Origin: Priapulus caudatus
Lineage: Eukaryota
Direction of reading: 5' to 3'
NCBI RefSeq assembly: GCF_000485595.1
Contig: NW_014577082.1
Coordinates: 800,477-863,376 of the forward strand
DNA: 62,900 bases
Shown here piece after piece: positions 24,901 through 37,829 of this stretch (within the stretch, counting starts at the first letter, position 1; every line of letters begins with the position of its first letter). Made by a program: the position numbers and the translations under genes. Under the pieces are notes generated by a model. It made no database searches and was not told the DNA's origin. It saw nothing but the letters and a program-made list of their open reading frames with translations.

Positions 24901-27900
24901 TCACCAGCTGGATAAGAGAACATGCGTCGATAAGATGATGAACTGTACAGAGCCTTAGCACATTGGCAAAAATCACTACCAAAATAAACATACAGGTGTA
25001 ATTTTTTGGCATGACAGAACAGGCATGACAGTTAGACAGGACAACTCTTTATAAACATCGGCATTATTCTGTTAATTAATATGCAATAGCAAAATTACCT
25101 AATGAAGATCTAGGCCCACCAGTTATTCTACTATAATTCATATTAGTTGCACAGTGGGTGAAGAAATATATGTTTATCCTCTACCTCATTTTGTTCGATA
25201 AAAAACTAGAAAGGGCAGTTGTCGCCAACTACATGTATCCCCCGTAATCTAGTATGAATGAAATATCTCTGTAAGGACGTAGAAGGTAGGTAAAGTGAAA
25301 TAAGTCACAAAGGCAAAGGTTTGTTACACAACTCATCTGCCTGAGATGTGCAAGTATGTTAAAATTGGTTGCCTTAGGCCTTAGGGGTTTTGGTACGCGC
25401 AGAAGGGAAATATGATGAAGGTCAAGGTCAATGTCAAATAAAGGTTGCAGTGACCTGGTTTCGGTACGTGACACACCTTCTCCCCAAGATGTGTAAGTAT
25501 ACCAAGTTTGGTCGCGCTAGGTCAATTAGGGGCCGAGTTATAGAGCAGCAGGGAAATATGATCAAGGTCAAGGTCAAAGTCAAATAAAATCCGCAGTGAC
25601 GTGGTTTTGGTACGCAACACATATTCTCCTCAAGATGTGTAAGTATACCAAGTTTGGTAGCGCTAGGTCAATTAGGGGCCGAGTTATAGAGCGGAAGGGA
25701 AATATGCTCAAGGTCAAGGCAAAGGTCAAATAAAGGTCGTAGTAACCTGGTTTTGGTACGCTGCACACCTTCTCCCCAACATGTGTAAGTATACCAAGTT
25801 TGGTAGCACTAGGTCAATTAGGGGCCGAGTTATAGAGCAGAAAAGAAATATGATCAAGGTCAAGGTAAAGGTCAAATAAAGGTCGCAGTGACCTAGTTTT
25901 GGTACGCTGTGCACCATCTCCCCAAGATGTGTAAGTATACCAAGTTTGGTAGCACTAGGTCAATTAGGGGCCGAGTTATAGAGCAGAAAAGAAATATGAT
26001 CAAGGTCAAGGTAAAGGTCAAATAAAGGTCGTAGTGACGTGGTTTTGGTACGCTGCGCACCTTCTCCCCAAGATGTGTAAGTAGACCATGTTTGGTCACG
26101 CTAGGTCAATTAGGGGTCGAGTTATAGAGCAGAAGAGAAAGTGTCTGCGGCGGCGGCGGCTGGACAAACACAAAACCATAGTATCCCCGCCGACTTCGTC
26201 GCGGGGGATACAATTATAGCACTATAAATACTCATATTGAAATCTATAGCCCTAACACTTTACTATATATTGTTTTACACTAAAATCAGGATTTTTAACA
26301 CTGACGTTTACGGCACGTGAAACCTGTATACAAAACTAAACGTCTAGATGATCAATACGGTAAACAGGATAAAGAATTATGCAAATAAAAGTGCATTCAA
26401 CCAGCATGAGTAATATCAAGATCTAATAAACACCTAGTGTACCGAGTGTACAACGGGAACAACGGGAAAATAATGCTATTTGACGTCAATATTATTCTAC
26501 TTTGCCTGCGAGTCTAGAATCACTTTATGGTATTGCATTAAGCAGAATTCTTTGCTCTCTAAAACAAGACCAGCTGCTTGTCAATACGATACTCCTAGGC
26601 TGAGATATTGGCTCGTAAACTTCCTCTCCCACAGTCCTCACGGCGCCTCGCATCCACAATATTCACTATCCTTCTCGCCTTTTGCGGGTTAGGAAGGTCG
26701 CTTCGTGAGAGTTCTTTTTTTTCCGCGATAACTTTATGAATGAACGGCGGTTCGGTTATCATCGGTGACTTTCGGGGGCATCGCCTATGCCCTTATCTCC
26801 CATTATCTTTCTTAGCGCGGCCAATGCCCGTCATGATAGAGCCGGAAATGTTTTCTAAATTAAGTCTCTACAACGCAGCTCAGTTACTATATGGTGTAGT
26901 AAGAGTACCAAATTTGGGCATGTGACATCAATTATCAGCTCTCCAAGCGGCGACGAAAAACGATAGCCAGACCCGCAAAAGGCGAGAAGGATAGTGAATA
27001 TTGTGGATGCGAGGCACCGTGAGGCCTGTGGGAGGGGAGGTTTACGATCCATTTTTAGCTAGGAGTATCGTATTGACAAGCAGTTGGTCTTGTTTTAGAG
27101 AGCAAAGAATTCTGCTTAATGAAATACCATAAAATTATTCTAGACTCGCAGGCAAAGTAGAATAATATTGCCGTGAAATAGCACTATTTTCCCGTTTTTC
27201 CGTTGTACACTCTAGGTGTTTATTAGCTCTTGGTAATATCTAGCCGATTGCCTTTCTGACTGCATACAGTACAAGTAAAGAAAACACACACGTAAAAAAA
27301 CAAACGTTCGTACAGTAATACCCTGTATTGTGTAGCGTTCCAGAACAAACGTTTAAAAAGTCAAATTGCACAACTCGAATCACATTTCTCCATTGAATTC
27401 GCAAACAGGCGATGAACTTCGTCAGAAAATTTATCGCCCAAAAGAAGTATGTAATCCAATGCACCTCCCCTAATTCAAGCACATTATTGAATACAAGTGA
27501 GCAAACACCGGCCACGGATAGACTCGCTTACTCACCCGGCGTAACATCGGGATGCACCCTGTTGTTTCCCTGCCGAGTCTCCCTCCCTTCCCGTTTCTGC
27601 TCGGCTTCCGCCTCCGGCGTGGCCGCATCCCCGGCGTACTCCGGTGACGGTGCGTGGTACTGACCTCCTCCCCCTCCCCCGCTGACCTTCCCCACCAGCT
27701 TCAGGTGGCGCTTCTTCTGCGCGGCGTCGTCGCCCGCGGGCAGCGACTGCGTCGACGCCGCCCTCTGGAGGGAGTCGCGAGACTTGCCGGAGGGCGGCCG
27801 GCCCTGCACCATCTGCTCAGCCTGGCCGGCCAGACTAGGCATAGACGCGTGGGCAGGGTTGCGGGGCGCCGGGTCCGGCGTGCGCGTCGGGCTCGACGCA

Positions 27901-30012
27901 AGGTCGCCGGGGGTCGTGCAGCGCGAGAATCGCTCGAGCACCTCCTGGGCGGATGCACACAGCTGACACTGCAGCTGGATGAAGGAGACGAGGCACCCAG
28001 CGATGAGCTGCAAACAAAGACACCAACGTATTAGCCAGCGAGCCGTGCAGCCGTAATTTGCACAGTCAGTTTTGAAACTGCACGGCCACAAATGTGTAGC
28101 ACGGCCTAAAATATTGATCTAAAGACACACATACAAAAAAATTGCACTCCCAAATATTTTTTCTGCACTCCCACAATACTCATCCCTGGCTAATACCCTG
28201 AAAGACATACACACCTCGCCAGTCACGCGACATACGAATGTGCGAACTACTATTTGACATAGTAGTACGTATCTCATCGATTCATAACCACACAAGTGCA
28301 ACCAAACGAAACAGCAGAACTGAAGAACTGCATCGACGTATAACTACAAAAGTGCATCAATACTGTTGAACAATAACTACGATCTGGATCTAAACAATCT
28401 GGCTTGATTACCCAACTGAGGAAATGCTACTATGACACAGATCTGAACCATATGACCTATGATATACATTGATGAAGAACTGCTACAATACATAACAAAA
28501 CAATCGTTGCTACACCCACCCAGACAGCAACAACGATCAATTAAAAGCAAATGACAGTCGATGTGACATGCGATTCATCGACTTCACCCCTGCCAGTATG
28601 TGAGAAAGCAGGACATCCCAACGAACAGTACCTTGAGATTTTCTGGCGACCGCTCATCTTCTGGCATGGGCGACTTCAGTTTACCGCGCAGCGTGCGCAG
28701 GCTGCTCTCCAGCTCTGACCTGAAGTGGCTGCCGGAGCCGCTCACCGCTTGACAGAGCTGCGTCAGAGCATGCTGAAGCTGTCCTGTAAATACAGAGAGA
28801 GAGAAACGTATAGCATGTACTGACTCACACACACACATGATGAAGCTGTCCTGTAAATACAGAGAGAGCAACGTATAGCATTTACTTACATGCACGCACG
28901 CACACACACACGCACACACGCACACACACATGCATGCTCGCACACATGCTCGCTTGCTTGCTTGCAAGCATGCTGTTATTGCACCCACACATGCCCGAAT
29001 GCATGCACGCTCGCTTGCAAGCACGCACCCAACCATAGTAAGTAAGTAAGTAAAAACTTTATTTAATGAGGGTCAAACATGTTAGGTACAGACACAATAA
29101 ATTGGGCGCAGACCTATCTTCCACATGGCCGTCTCGGCCACATGGCCATACATGGCGATCATGAGAATCAAAAATTGTACAAATCCCTGAACTCCACCCC
29201 CTTGCCCCCACCACCTTCCATGGTCGCTTGTCAGTCTACATCAAAGCCTATGTCAATGTGATGGCAGTGAGGTGTTAGCTGGGAATCCTGGTGTGTGGTG
29301 GGGGTGCTGGTGGCTGGTAAAGTGGTGATCTGATCTGATGGTCATCATTATGGTTATTATGATGATCAGCTTTAGCGGGCTTTGCCCCCAGCTTCTGGCT
29401 GTACGACTTTGAAGATTTTAGGAATAAAAAATTCCCGAAGAATGAACCAAAAATAAACTAAACGAAATAAGAACTGTATTTTATTATGCTACAGACAGTA
29501 ATAGCAACAATGTCAAACTGAAACTATTTTCACGATTTCACTGTGGATACTACTTGGCTGAGCTACAACCACTGTCTTTAGACAAGCACAGACTGCGTAC
29601 ACCTTAAGCGGCGCGCATAGGCTAATTTTAGCAACGCACCCAAGTGGAGAGAAAAACAGTAGCAAATACTTCACCCGTCATCCATGTGTGAACACTATGA
29701 TTTTGAGTGAGTCACACACACCCATGTGCGCTGATGCAAAGTATGGAGACCAAGACTAAAACACTCAGTATTTGACCAAGGACTCGACTACGATTCGGTA
29801 ATCTCAAACCCTGAATACTATACTATATTTAAAGACCCCCCACCCCACTACCAAAGATTTCACAATAAACTTGCATTGATCTCAAAAATGATAAATTAAA
29901 ATGTATCCACGCATGCACACACAAACGCACGCACGCACTCTCTCTCACACATACGCGCACGCACTCTCTCTCACACACGCGCACACGCACACGCACACGC
30001 ACACGCACACGC

Positions 30013-30052
<40 letters not shown>

Positions 30053-30629
30053 GCATGCACTCTCGCTCTCACACATGCACACACACACAGACGCACACGC
30101 ACACGCCCACACACACACGCACGCACGCACACAACCACACACACACACACACACGCACTCACGCACGCACTCTCGCTCTCACACATGCACACATGCACAC
30201 ACGCACACACACACACGCACACACACACACACGCACACACGCACACACGCACACACTACACTCCACATAGGTGCACAACAACAACAATGCACGGGACCAC
30301 CACCACCACCACCACCAACAGACACCTCCACACGGCCCACCTGCAGCTTCTGAGTAGGGCGACAGCTTGAGCGTGGCGGCGAGCTTCAGCACAAGCTGGG
30401 AGCCAGCTCCACAGAGTGCATTCAGCTCGTCGACAAAGCTGCCCGCGCTGACGGCGATCTCCTGCACATCCGCCTGCATGGAGGGTGCCACGACCGCGTG
30501 GAACTGCGCGAGGCCCTCCGCCGCCACCGGCGGGGCGCCGGCCGTCACCCCCGTCACCGGCGGCACCGACTTGGACACCTTATAAAAGTTGGACCCGCCG
30601 AACGAAAGGTGCTTGCGAAGGTTCTCCAT
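21973..30629 (-). CDS. GARRE1: GARRE1/KIAA0355 (DUF4745-type) homologue; exons 30629-30341, 28783-28632, 28007-~27532, ~24942(or ~24975)-24786, 23937-23728, 23350-23205, 22759-22592, 22445-22367, 22152-21973
   Basis: Blocks colinear with human KIAA0355 as I recall it: [13 protein letters not shown] (MDYKRRFLLGGS); FVDELNALC...[38 protein letters not shown] (QEMQEVIDFLSG); [27 protein letters not shown]...GPDLLAA ([14 protein letters not shown]...GPDLVAA); RRHSS; STNTWPP. Splice phases are consistent; the exon 3/4 junction is the least certain. Confidence 0.85.
24185..24575. repeat. ~390-bp pyrimidine-rich (C/T) low-complexity tract in a GARRE1 intron
   Basis: Strong C/T strand asymmetry seen directly. 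Confidence 0.75.
25203..26214. mobile_element. Helentron-associated non-autonomous element (HINE / DINE-1 / pearl-type architecture) with internal 146-bp tandem array
   Basis: AACTAG start; subterminal IR TGTATCCCCCG (25234) / CGGGGGATACA (26202); 3' hairpin GTATCCCCGC...GCGGGGGATAC; (GCG)n microsatellite; ACCAAGTTTGG-like unit at 25501, 25647, 25793, 25939, 26085. Confidence 0.75.
26417..27232. mobile_element. Foldback element with ~270-bp arms, P/Galileo-like
   Basis: Termini CAAGATCTAATAAACACCTAG / CTAGGTGTTTATTAGCTCTTG; 7-bp TSD GTAATAT (26410-26416, 27233-27239). Confidence 0.8.
29905..30320. repeat. (CA)n/(CACG)n compound microsatellite and (CAC)n
   Basis: Seen directly. Confidence 0.9.
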
Positions 30630-30818
30630 GATGAGCGAGTCTGTCGGTGACGAATCTGCGGACAGAGCAAAAATGCGATCGCACATTGCCGACTATGAGT
30701 GCATTATCATTTTCACAGGTGCTGGTATGAAGGGCTGGCTTGTAGGGATGTGTGCTAGCAAGGGCATGTATGTATGTAAAGCTTAATAGTGGTGTACACG
30801 TCTCAGGCAGACAGTGAT

Positions 30819-31038
30819 GCTCAAGGGGTCGTTGTCGTATCAGGTACTACAGATATGTACCCGAGGTACATATATGTATACACAAAGTATACCAGACTTG
30901 TACTACAGAAGTGTACCCTAACCCTGACCCTAACCCTAAACATACCTCATGTAAAAATATTTAAACATAATACTAAACAACCTAAAACTACCTCGGGTAC
31001 ATATCTTTAGTACCTGATACGACAACGACCCCATCTGC
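30819..31038. mobile_element. CCCTAA-bearing MITE with 9-bp TSD
   Basis: TIR GGGGTCGTTGTCGTATCAGGTACTA..GATATGTACCCGAGGTA and its reverse complement; TSD GACAGTGAT (30810-30818, 31039-31047); internal CCCTAACCCTGACCCTAACCCTAA. Confidence 0.8.
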
Positions 31039-31039
31039 G

Positions 31040-31870
31040 ACAGTGATGGCACGTGTGCCAGGGAAACTGGGATGGTACGTGTAACACAAAGACGATGACA
31101 CGTGCACGCATGGGAGACAATGATGAAAGATGTGTGTGGCATAGACTGATGGCACAGTTATCAGAGAGACAATGATGATACGTGGGCTATGCAGAACGAC
31201 GACGTGTGAACCAGAAAGACAATGATAGGATGTTTGGCACACAGCAATGACACTTGTGCCAGGGAGACAGTGATGCAGGGTTCTCCAAGATTTTTCATTA
31301 TAGCATGGCAGGGCTGCCTTTACGGTCCTAGTTTTAGCATTTTTTAGCTAATTTTAGCATGGCGGCTATGATATTTAGAGTGGCAGGTGCATTTTAGGAT
31401 GGCGGGGCTCGACGATAGCCTGGCGGGCCGCCAGGCTATAAGTGCTCTTGGAGAACCCTGTGATGGTATGTGGGCTATAGAGATAATGATGGTGTCAATG
31501 CATTTAACAGAGAGACAATGACAGCACGTGTGGTCCACAGATATTGATACCACGTGTGCCAGGGAGACAGTGATGGTTTGTGGTCTACACAAACAATGAT
31601 GACGCGCGTAACAGAGAGACAATAATAGCATATGTGGTCGACAGACATTGATAATACAAGTGTGCCAGGGAGATGGCGATGGTATATGGGTCCCACAGAC
31701 GATGATGATGCATTAAACAGAGGACAGCGATGACATTTAGGCCAGAAAGACATATATCTATATCACACAAACAGTTACATTACATGTGGCAGGGAGGCTT
31801 TGATAGCAGGTTTTACACACTAACGGTGATAGATGGTACGTGTGCCAGGCAGCCTGTGATAGTATAATGA
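31040..31870. repeat. Degenerate minisatellite (GACARTGATG..ACGTGTGCCAGGGA-like units)
   Basis: Repeated GACAATGATG / CACGTGTGCCAGGGAGAC motifs. Confidence 0.65.
31276..31460. mobile_element. hAT-like MITE with 5-bp TSD
   Basis: TIR CAGGGTTCTCCAAGA / TCTTGGAGAACCCTG; TSD TGATG. Confidence 0.75.
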
Positions 31871-32009
31871 ATCATTTAGTGAAAATGGTCTGACACTAAC
31901 GTCTAGCTAAATGGGAAGTAATAAAATGAGTAGATTAACAAACACTAAACATATTCACAAAAATCTGCCAATGGTTACGTAAAAGATAGAAGAGTGCTGC
32001 TGTGTTTAC

Positions 32010-32149
32010 CTTGAATGAACCAGGGTGCTTAGAGGCTTTGTTCAAACTGACACCTCGTTGCTATGGGAACATGTCGGCAGCAGAAGACGGCTATGTTGTC
32101 AGTTTCGCTTCACAGTAACAGGAAACCAACAGGGAGTGAACTCGCACCC
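32010..32149 (-). other. Probable 5'-UTR exon of GARRE1 containing a 3-codon uORF (ATG TTC CCA TAG)
   Basis: Acceptor TGTTTCAG| and donor AAG|GTAAAC; lies between the inferred promoter (~37.9 kb) and the first coding exon. Confidence 0.4.
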
Positions 32150-32956
32150 CTGAAACAGTAGAGGACATCTATTTCAATACCAACCAAGTGAATGTTTACA
32201 CCTGGGCTAGCTGGGAAACATTTCGAACGAGATCTTTGCAACGTCAGTGATATTACAAATGCATGTCACATCTCTGCCCATGCATGGCTTAACTTTTGTG
32301 GCCATAGCACTTACTGTAGTTCCTTACAGAAAGGCCAGCTAGAGTTCAATAACTAGCTACCTCCTTGTACAGTCAGTCACTACCACAACGTGTGTAAGAG
32401 CTTGGGGTTAAGAATATAATCACGCCTTCCCATTCTATAAAATCCATTAAAAACAATAATGAAAATAATAAACCAACTAGCTATGATGGTGTTTAGATCA
32501 GATTAAAGCAGACTGCCAGGGATGCACCACCTGCCAAGAAAAACTCTTACTAGTTCATTCAGAAACATTGGAATGTCGTAGAGTGCTTCAGTAACATATG
32601 TGCAATTATGTATTATCTTACCAACATTTAAACACATTTTCTATAAACATGGAAAAGAACAACAAACACAAAAAATCATATAACTAATTATAAAACGCGT
32701 ACACCATGTATACACTAACAGTATTCCGTGGATGAGAATATCAGGTACATATAAGGTTTATGTATAAATCATGTCCCAAAACCCAAAATTCCGTAGTCTG
32801 AATTGTAGCATGAAACCATCAGATTTGACAACCCACCATGGAGCAACATGCCAGTGCCCTACTACCATTTCGTATTCAATACGACCATAACTAGTCATTT
32901 GGGATTTAAACTCCAAGAACCTACCCACTTAAATTCAGAGCACATAGAACACCTAA

Positions 32957-33230
32957 GGCCAAAACAAAATATAGGTGTGGTTACCGTTTCCCGACCGACC
33001 CTATTTATTCCCAGCGACCCTAAACATTTTATTGTCAATTTTCTTTAAAGTAAAAAAAAAAAGAAAAAAAAAAATGAATTGGACAGTTCCTGCTTCAAAA
33101 GGCACAACGCACATCCTTCGGACATGGTTCGTAAATAAAATGTTTCATTAAAATAAAATGTTTTCCCTACCTACCTACCCTATTTTTTTTCGGCATGAAA
33201 CGGTAACCACACCTATATTTTGTTTTGGCC
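32957..33230. mobile_element. MITE with GGCC termini
   Basis: TIR GGCCAAAACAAAATATAGGTGTGGTTACCGTTTC with perfect reverse complement at the right end. Confidence 0.75.
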
Positions 33231-33444
33231 CAAGCACAGTGCAAGAAATAAACGCATTTGCTCAGAAACATTATATGGTTGTAATCAGTTAATTGATTAA
33301 AACATCAGTAAAAATATCACGTCTTTATGTGTATGCATGATCTATACTAAAAGAATATATATATATATATATATCTATAATATATATGCCAAATTTTTTA
33401 TTAAACCTTCAACCACTCCTGTACACACGCATACACGCACGCAC

Positions 33445-33760
33445 GCACAAGGATACTAGCAGACATGTGACATACATACTCACAGACACACACACAGGAT
33501 AACCACAGACATGTGACATACATTCTTACAGGCACACACACACACAGGATAACCACAGACATGTGCCATACATACTCACACATACACACACAGGATAACC
33601 ACAGACATGTGACATACATACTAATACACACACACATGGATACTAGCAGAAGTAGATAATACTAGGTTCCCTATTATCTACTTCTGATACTAGTAGACAT
33701 GTGACATACATATGATACTCACAGACACACACATGGATAATCACAGACATGTACTCATAT
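33445..33760. repeat. ~42-46-bp minisatellite
   Basis: Repeated CACACAGGATAACCACAGACATGTGACATACATACT. Confidence 0.8.
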
Positions 33761-36576
33761 ACGTACACAGAGAGACGTTAGCAGACATTTAACATGCCTA
33801 TACTTGCAGACATGCCAAGGCATACTCTCAGACAGCTGGAAAACCCACCCAGGGTTCAACAACAGTACATACAGACTGGCACGGCTAAATATAGTCACAT
33901 CACAACATTTGCAGTGGCGCGCTTACCAGATGCGTTGCTGGTTACATAGTGTGTGCAAGCTCTGGGCTCATGATACAGCCAAAAGCACAAACTTAACTAA
34001 TCCAGAGCAAAATTGACCACCACCTACACACTCTCATGTTTTCCCAACGCCGGAATCACAATGTACAGGCGCTACTTTAACCACCTAATAGTTTTAAGAT
34101 GATGTGTGAGGAAAGAGCAAGTGTAGAAAAAATTATATTATCTGAGTAATCTTCTCTCTACGGTGCCACCCCGTAGATTTCCACACAGTCAGACATCGAT
34201 TATGGTATACTAAAAGAGTCCGCATTCAGAATTTTACAAAGTTACTGCATGAATTTACATGACAAATTTCAGACAGTATAAGGTGATGGTGGAAAGATGT
34301 GTGCGTGCGTGGGTGGGGCATGCGCGCATGTGTCACTGTGTGCGTGCATGAGTCAGTGCGCAGATGCATCCTCCAGGGTAGATGTCGTGACTTTAGAATA
34401 GTAGCTATTCAAACATGACATCCCACACTAAGACTCTGCATGGAGGTTTTACTCATTAAGGCTATTAAAAATATAGCAACATCAAAAATACTATGCTAAA
34501 TTTATCAATACTACAAAGTTTATCCCTTAGAAGACACGAAAGATTTATGAGAATATCACTGACAGACATTATGGTATATTATTGATAAATATTAAAGCCA
34601 ATGAAATACAAATTCTGATCTAGATAAATATCGCAACCTAGCAATGCGTAAAGTAAAGAATCCTTTCCATAGCTGCAGGCAATAAGACCAGAGATCAGTG
34701 TAGATAACAGTTGATAAAAGCAGAGATGATATGGGAACCTAAACTGCATTTTAATTTACTATGAAACACAACAATCTCTATTGTGTCATTATCCCCATGA
34801 AACATGACATAGATGACATATAATATTTACACCACACAGATTAAACTGTGTGTAATGACCTCTAAACATTCTACATGAGCCACTATACCATTGAGAGCAC
34901 ATTCGATATTTCATGTAAATTCAACATTTGTCTTACTTTTTGGTCTCATGGTTAATATCAACGTGACTAACAAAATTTCTATTTATAATATTCTCCCGTA
35001 ACCCTGCCCTCTTTGTTTCCTATTAATACTACATTTTTGAACTGTAAATTATATAGTATCATGCTGTTGCCAATTTTAGTCAATTAGGGGGCTCATAAAT
35101 TTAGTGCACCTTAGGTAATCAGCTACACCCATTAATAAGCAATAGGAATTCAGATGACTTGATAAATTTTATTTAGTGCTTGTCCTGCAAAGCATGTGGA
35201 AAGAGCTACATTCTTGAATATATTCTCCTAAATAATAGAATTTCCTATGACCTTTGAATGAATGGCAAATACATACATGTATGTATTTCCTATAACAATT
35301 ATTTTTCAACAATAGTTTTCTTAACTGAGGAACCACTGTACATAGAGGTTCTGAAGAACTGATAGGACTGATAGAACTGATAGGTTGGTCACATTATCTA
35401 CAGTTCTACAACTATAATGACCCCAGGAGGAAACAATGCAAAAACATGTAGTGTTGTGTGCCCATGTAGCCATGTGGCTACATGCCTGGCAAGGTTGCAG
35501 ACTGGTCTCAGAAGGGCAAGTAACATCTTTGAGAATAACTGGGAATAGCCATAGCCATTACATACATAGCCTGATCCCCATCGATTGAAAAAAACATCTA
35601 CATCCATGAAAAATGTTGAACAACTACATAATTATGTCTCTAAGAAAATAATTACTTATACGATTTTACTTGTTATGTAATTACAATAAACTTTATGTCA
35701 TACCATACCAACTTTCATATTATAATTTGAACGTTCGTTCGCTGTGTGGCGGTGGCACCGGTCACCATGGTTCCCAGCTAGGTAATTGTGAGGTAGCTCA
35801 CTGGGAACCATGGGCAGGGTATGGGTTAATGTTCCATATTTGTGATTGTATAATTATTTGTGATGTCTGGTGTCTATTAGTGTGCGTTTTCGTGGTGTTT
35901 TGCCTGCTCACCAATTGTTGTTGTGGATAGTCGAGTCCCTAGATGGGGGCAGCCATGTTGGGTTGGTTAGCCACCGCCTCTAGCGGCGGAGAGTGGCGCG
36001 GGAGAAACGAACAGCTGACTCGGTGTGTGAGGCGGGAGTGACACGGTTGAGTTTTGTCCCGGGAGTGGGCTGAGGTAACAGTGAAGTTCGTCCCGGCCGT
36101 TTAGAGAGGTAGCACTCGAGTTCGTCTCGGGCGTCTAGAGAGATAACACTCAAGTTCGTGGCGGGAGTCGAGTGAGGTAGGCCCCGCAGCATGTAGCTAG
36201 TTCACTCTGTATAAACACTGTAAATTTCATGATACAAACAAAATAAACAACAATACTGCAACTGCTACTCAACGGGGATGTGGAAAACCCAAAATGACAT
36301 GCATTGAACAGTTGAAACTGAAATGCTAGTCGTGTAATATCACCATACATGTGTTTGCCTTCAATCTCGCATAGTTCTCGCGCATGCGTAGTAATGCCAG
36401 TATGAAGTTTGTCAACTTTCAAAAATAACTCCTTGCTAACAGGTCTAGTTATAACATGAATGCAAGGGTTAAGCCTAACTATCAGACAAGACAAGACATT
36501 CTGTAGTGATGCCTGATGGTGCAACAATCAATGGCTTACTAATACGATACTGCAGTCGAATTAAAATACAGTGAAT

Positions 36577-37482
36577 CAGGGCTCGTATTAACCAACGGCA
36601 CCGACGGCAATTGCCGTCGGTGCCCCTATCAATCGCCGTACTGCCCCTGAAAATCCAACGCGACCGACGGCAGTCACCTGCCTTGCCCTTTTGTGTAATT
36701 GCCGTCCGTTTCCTTTAATCTACTGCCCTAGGTAGTTTCGTTTTTAGTCGAATCAACATAACACGTGTGCGTGCGTGCTGTAGTTGCAATGATGAGCTTA
36801 AAACCGATAGTCGCGCAGGGAATAATAACAGCATCGGATAATTATTCACTCCTGATAGCGGGCATGTAAAATTTCTTGTTACTGTACTTCCATTAGCAGA
36901 GGAGGGTACAGGGGTCGGTGTTACGGTGTAAGCTTACATGGGGGCATATTATTTTGTACATGAAAAGCAAGACGATGTTGATGTACTAATTTGTTATGAG
37001 TTTTCCTTTATTTTACAAAAGTGCCTTGGTGCCCTTCTCAAATTTTGAGTTGCCTTGGTGCCTTTTAAAATTCGCAGTGGCTAGAGGTACGGTAGCCGTC
37101 GGTCGTTGAAGCACCTTTTTGGCGTTAGGTTTAGGGTTAGGGTTAGGATTAGGGTTAGGGTTAGGTTTAGGGTTATGGTTAGGGTTAGGTTTAGGGTTAG
37201 GGTTAGGGTTCTAGCTCATCTAAACTCTCAAATCGTGAATTTATTTCCCAAGGCGTTATTTCGAAATCTGACGCCACCGCCGCCATCATTGTCTCGTTAA
37301 GTATGAAAGCGAATGGACTCCCGTACCTGTAGCCTCGAGACATTAAGATACGGCTACCGTACCCGTAGCCACTGCCTTTAAAATTGCCTCTGTGCCCTTC
37401 CATTTTAGAGAAAATTCAAGGCGATTTCTCACATGCCTTAAAAAAATTGCCTTGCCCTTCTCGTCGCTTAATTAGAGCCCTG
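36577..37482. mobile_element. Non-autonomous hAT element, 8-bp TSD
   Basis: TIR CAGGGCTCGTATTAA / TTAATTAGAGCCCTG; TSD CAGTGAAT (36569-36576, 37483-37490); second family member at 52067-52922. Confidence 0.85.
37073..37376. mobile_element. TTAGGG-bearing MITE nested in the hAT element
   Basis: TIR GCAGTGGCTA..GGTACGGTAGCCGT / ACGGCTACCGTACCCGTAGCCACTGC; TSD TTTAAAATT; ~14 TTAGGG-like units at ~37125-37210; absent from the sister hAT copy, which shows the empty site near 52815. Confidence 0.85.
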
Positions 37483-37829
37483 CAGTGAATGATATTAATT
37501 ATAATCGGTAGCAAACAAGTTGGTGTTGTAATACTACGTAACATTAAGACTAATACTAGTAATACTAATAGTAATACTAATAATAATTTGATTTTTATTA
37601 CGCGTGCGAACTTTGTTGTGTTGATTAGGCTAATGAGTAATGTCAATGATTTCAGTTCCCATGGCCCTGAGTCACCGTGCCAAATTAATAATAATCCTTG
37701 CTATTTTAGCATTTCCACGAGCTATATAGAAAATGAAGGAAGCCTTAGTTTATTGTGACAATACATGTACATAAAAAATATAAAACTACTAGTCAAGTTG
37801 GGTATATTTTGTAATATTTTTGAAGTTTT

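Noticed and set aside
25390..26140. Regular repeats resembling a CRISPR array or repeated small ORFs
   Set aside because: Whole 146-bp units repeat with no unique spacers; eukaryotic intron; no cas genes.
37125..37210. TTAGGG run as a telomere or chromosome-fusion scar
   Set aside because: Short, degenerate, not head-to-head, and enclosed by TIRs and a 9-bp TSD.
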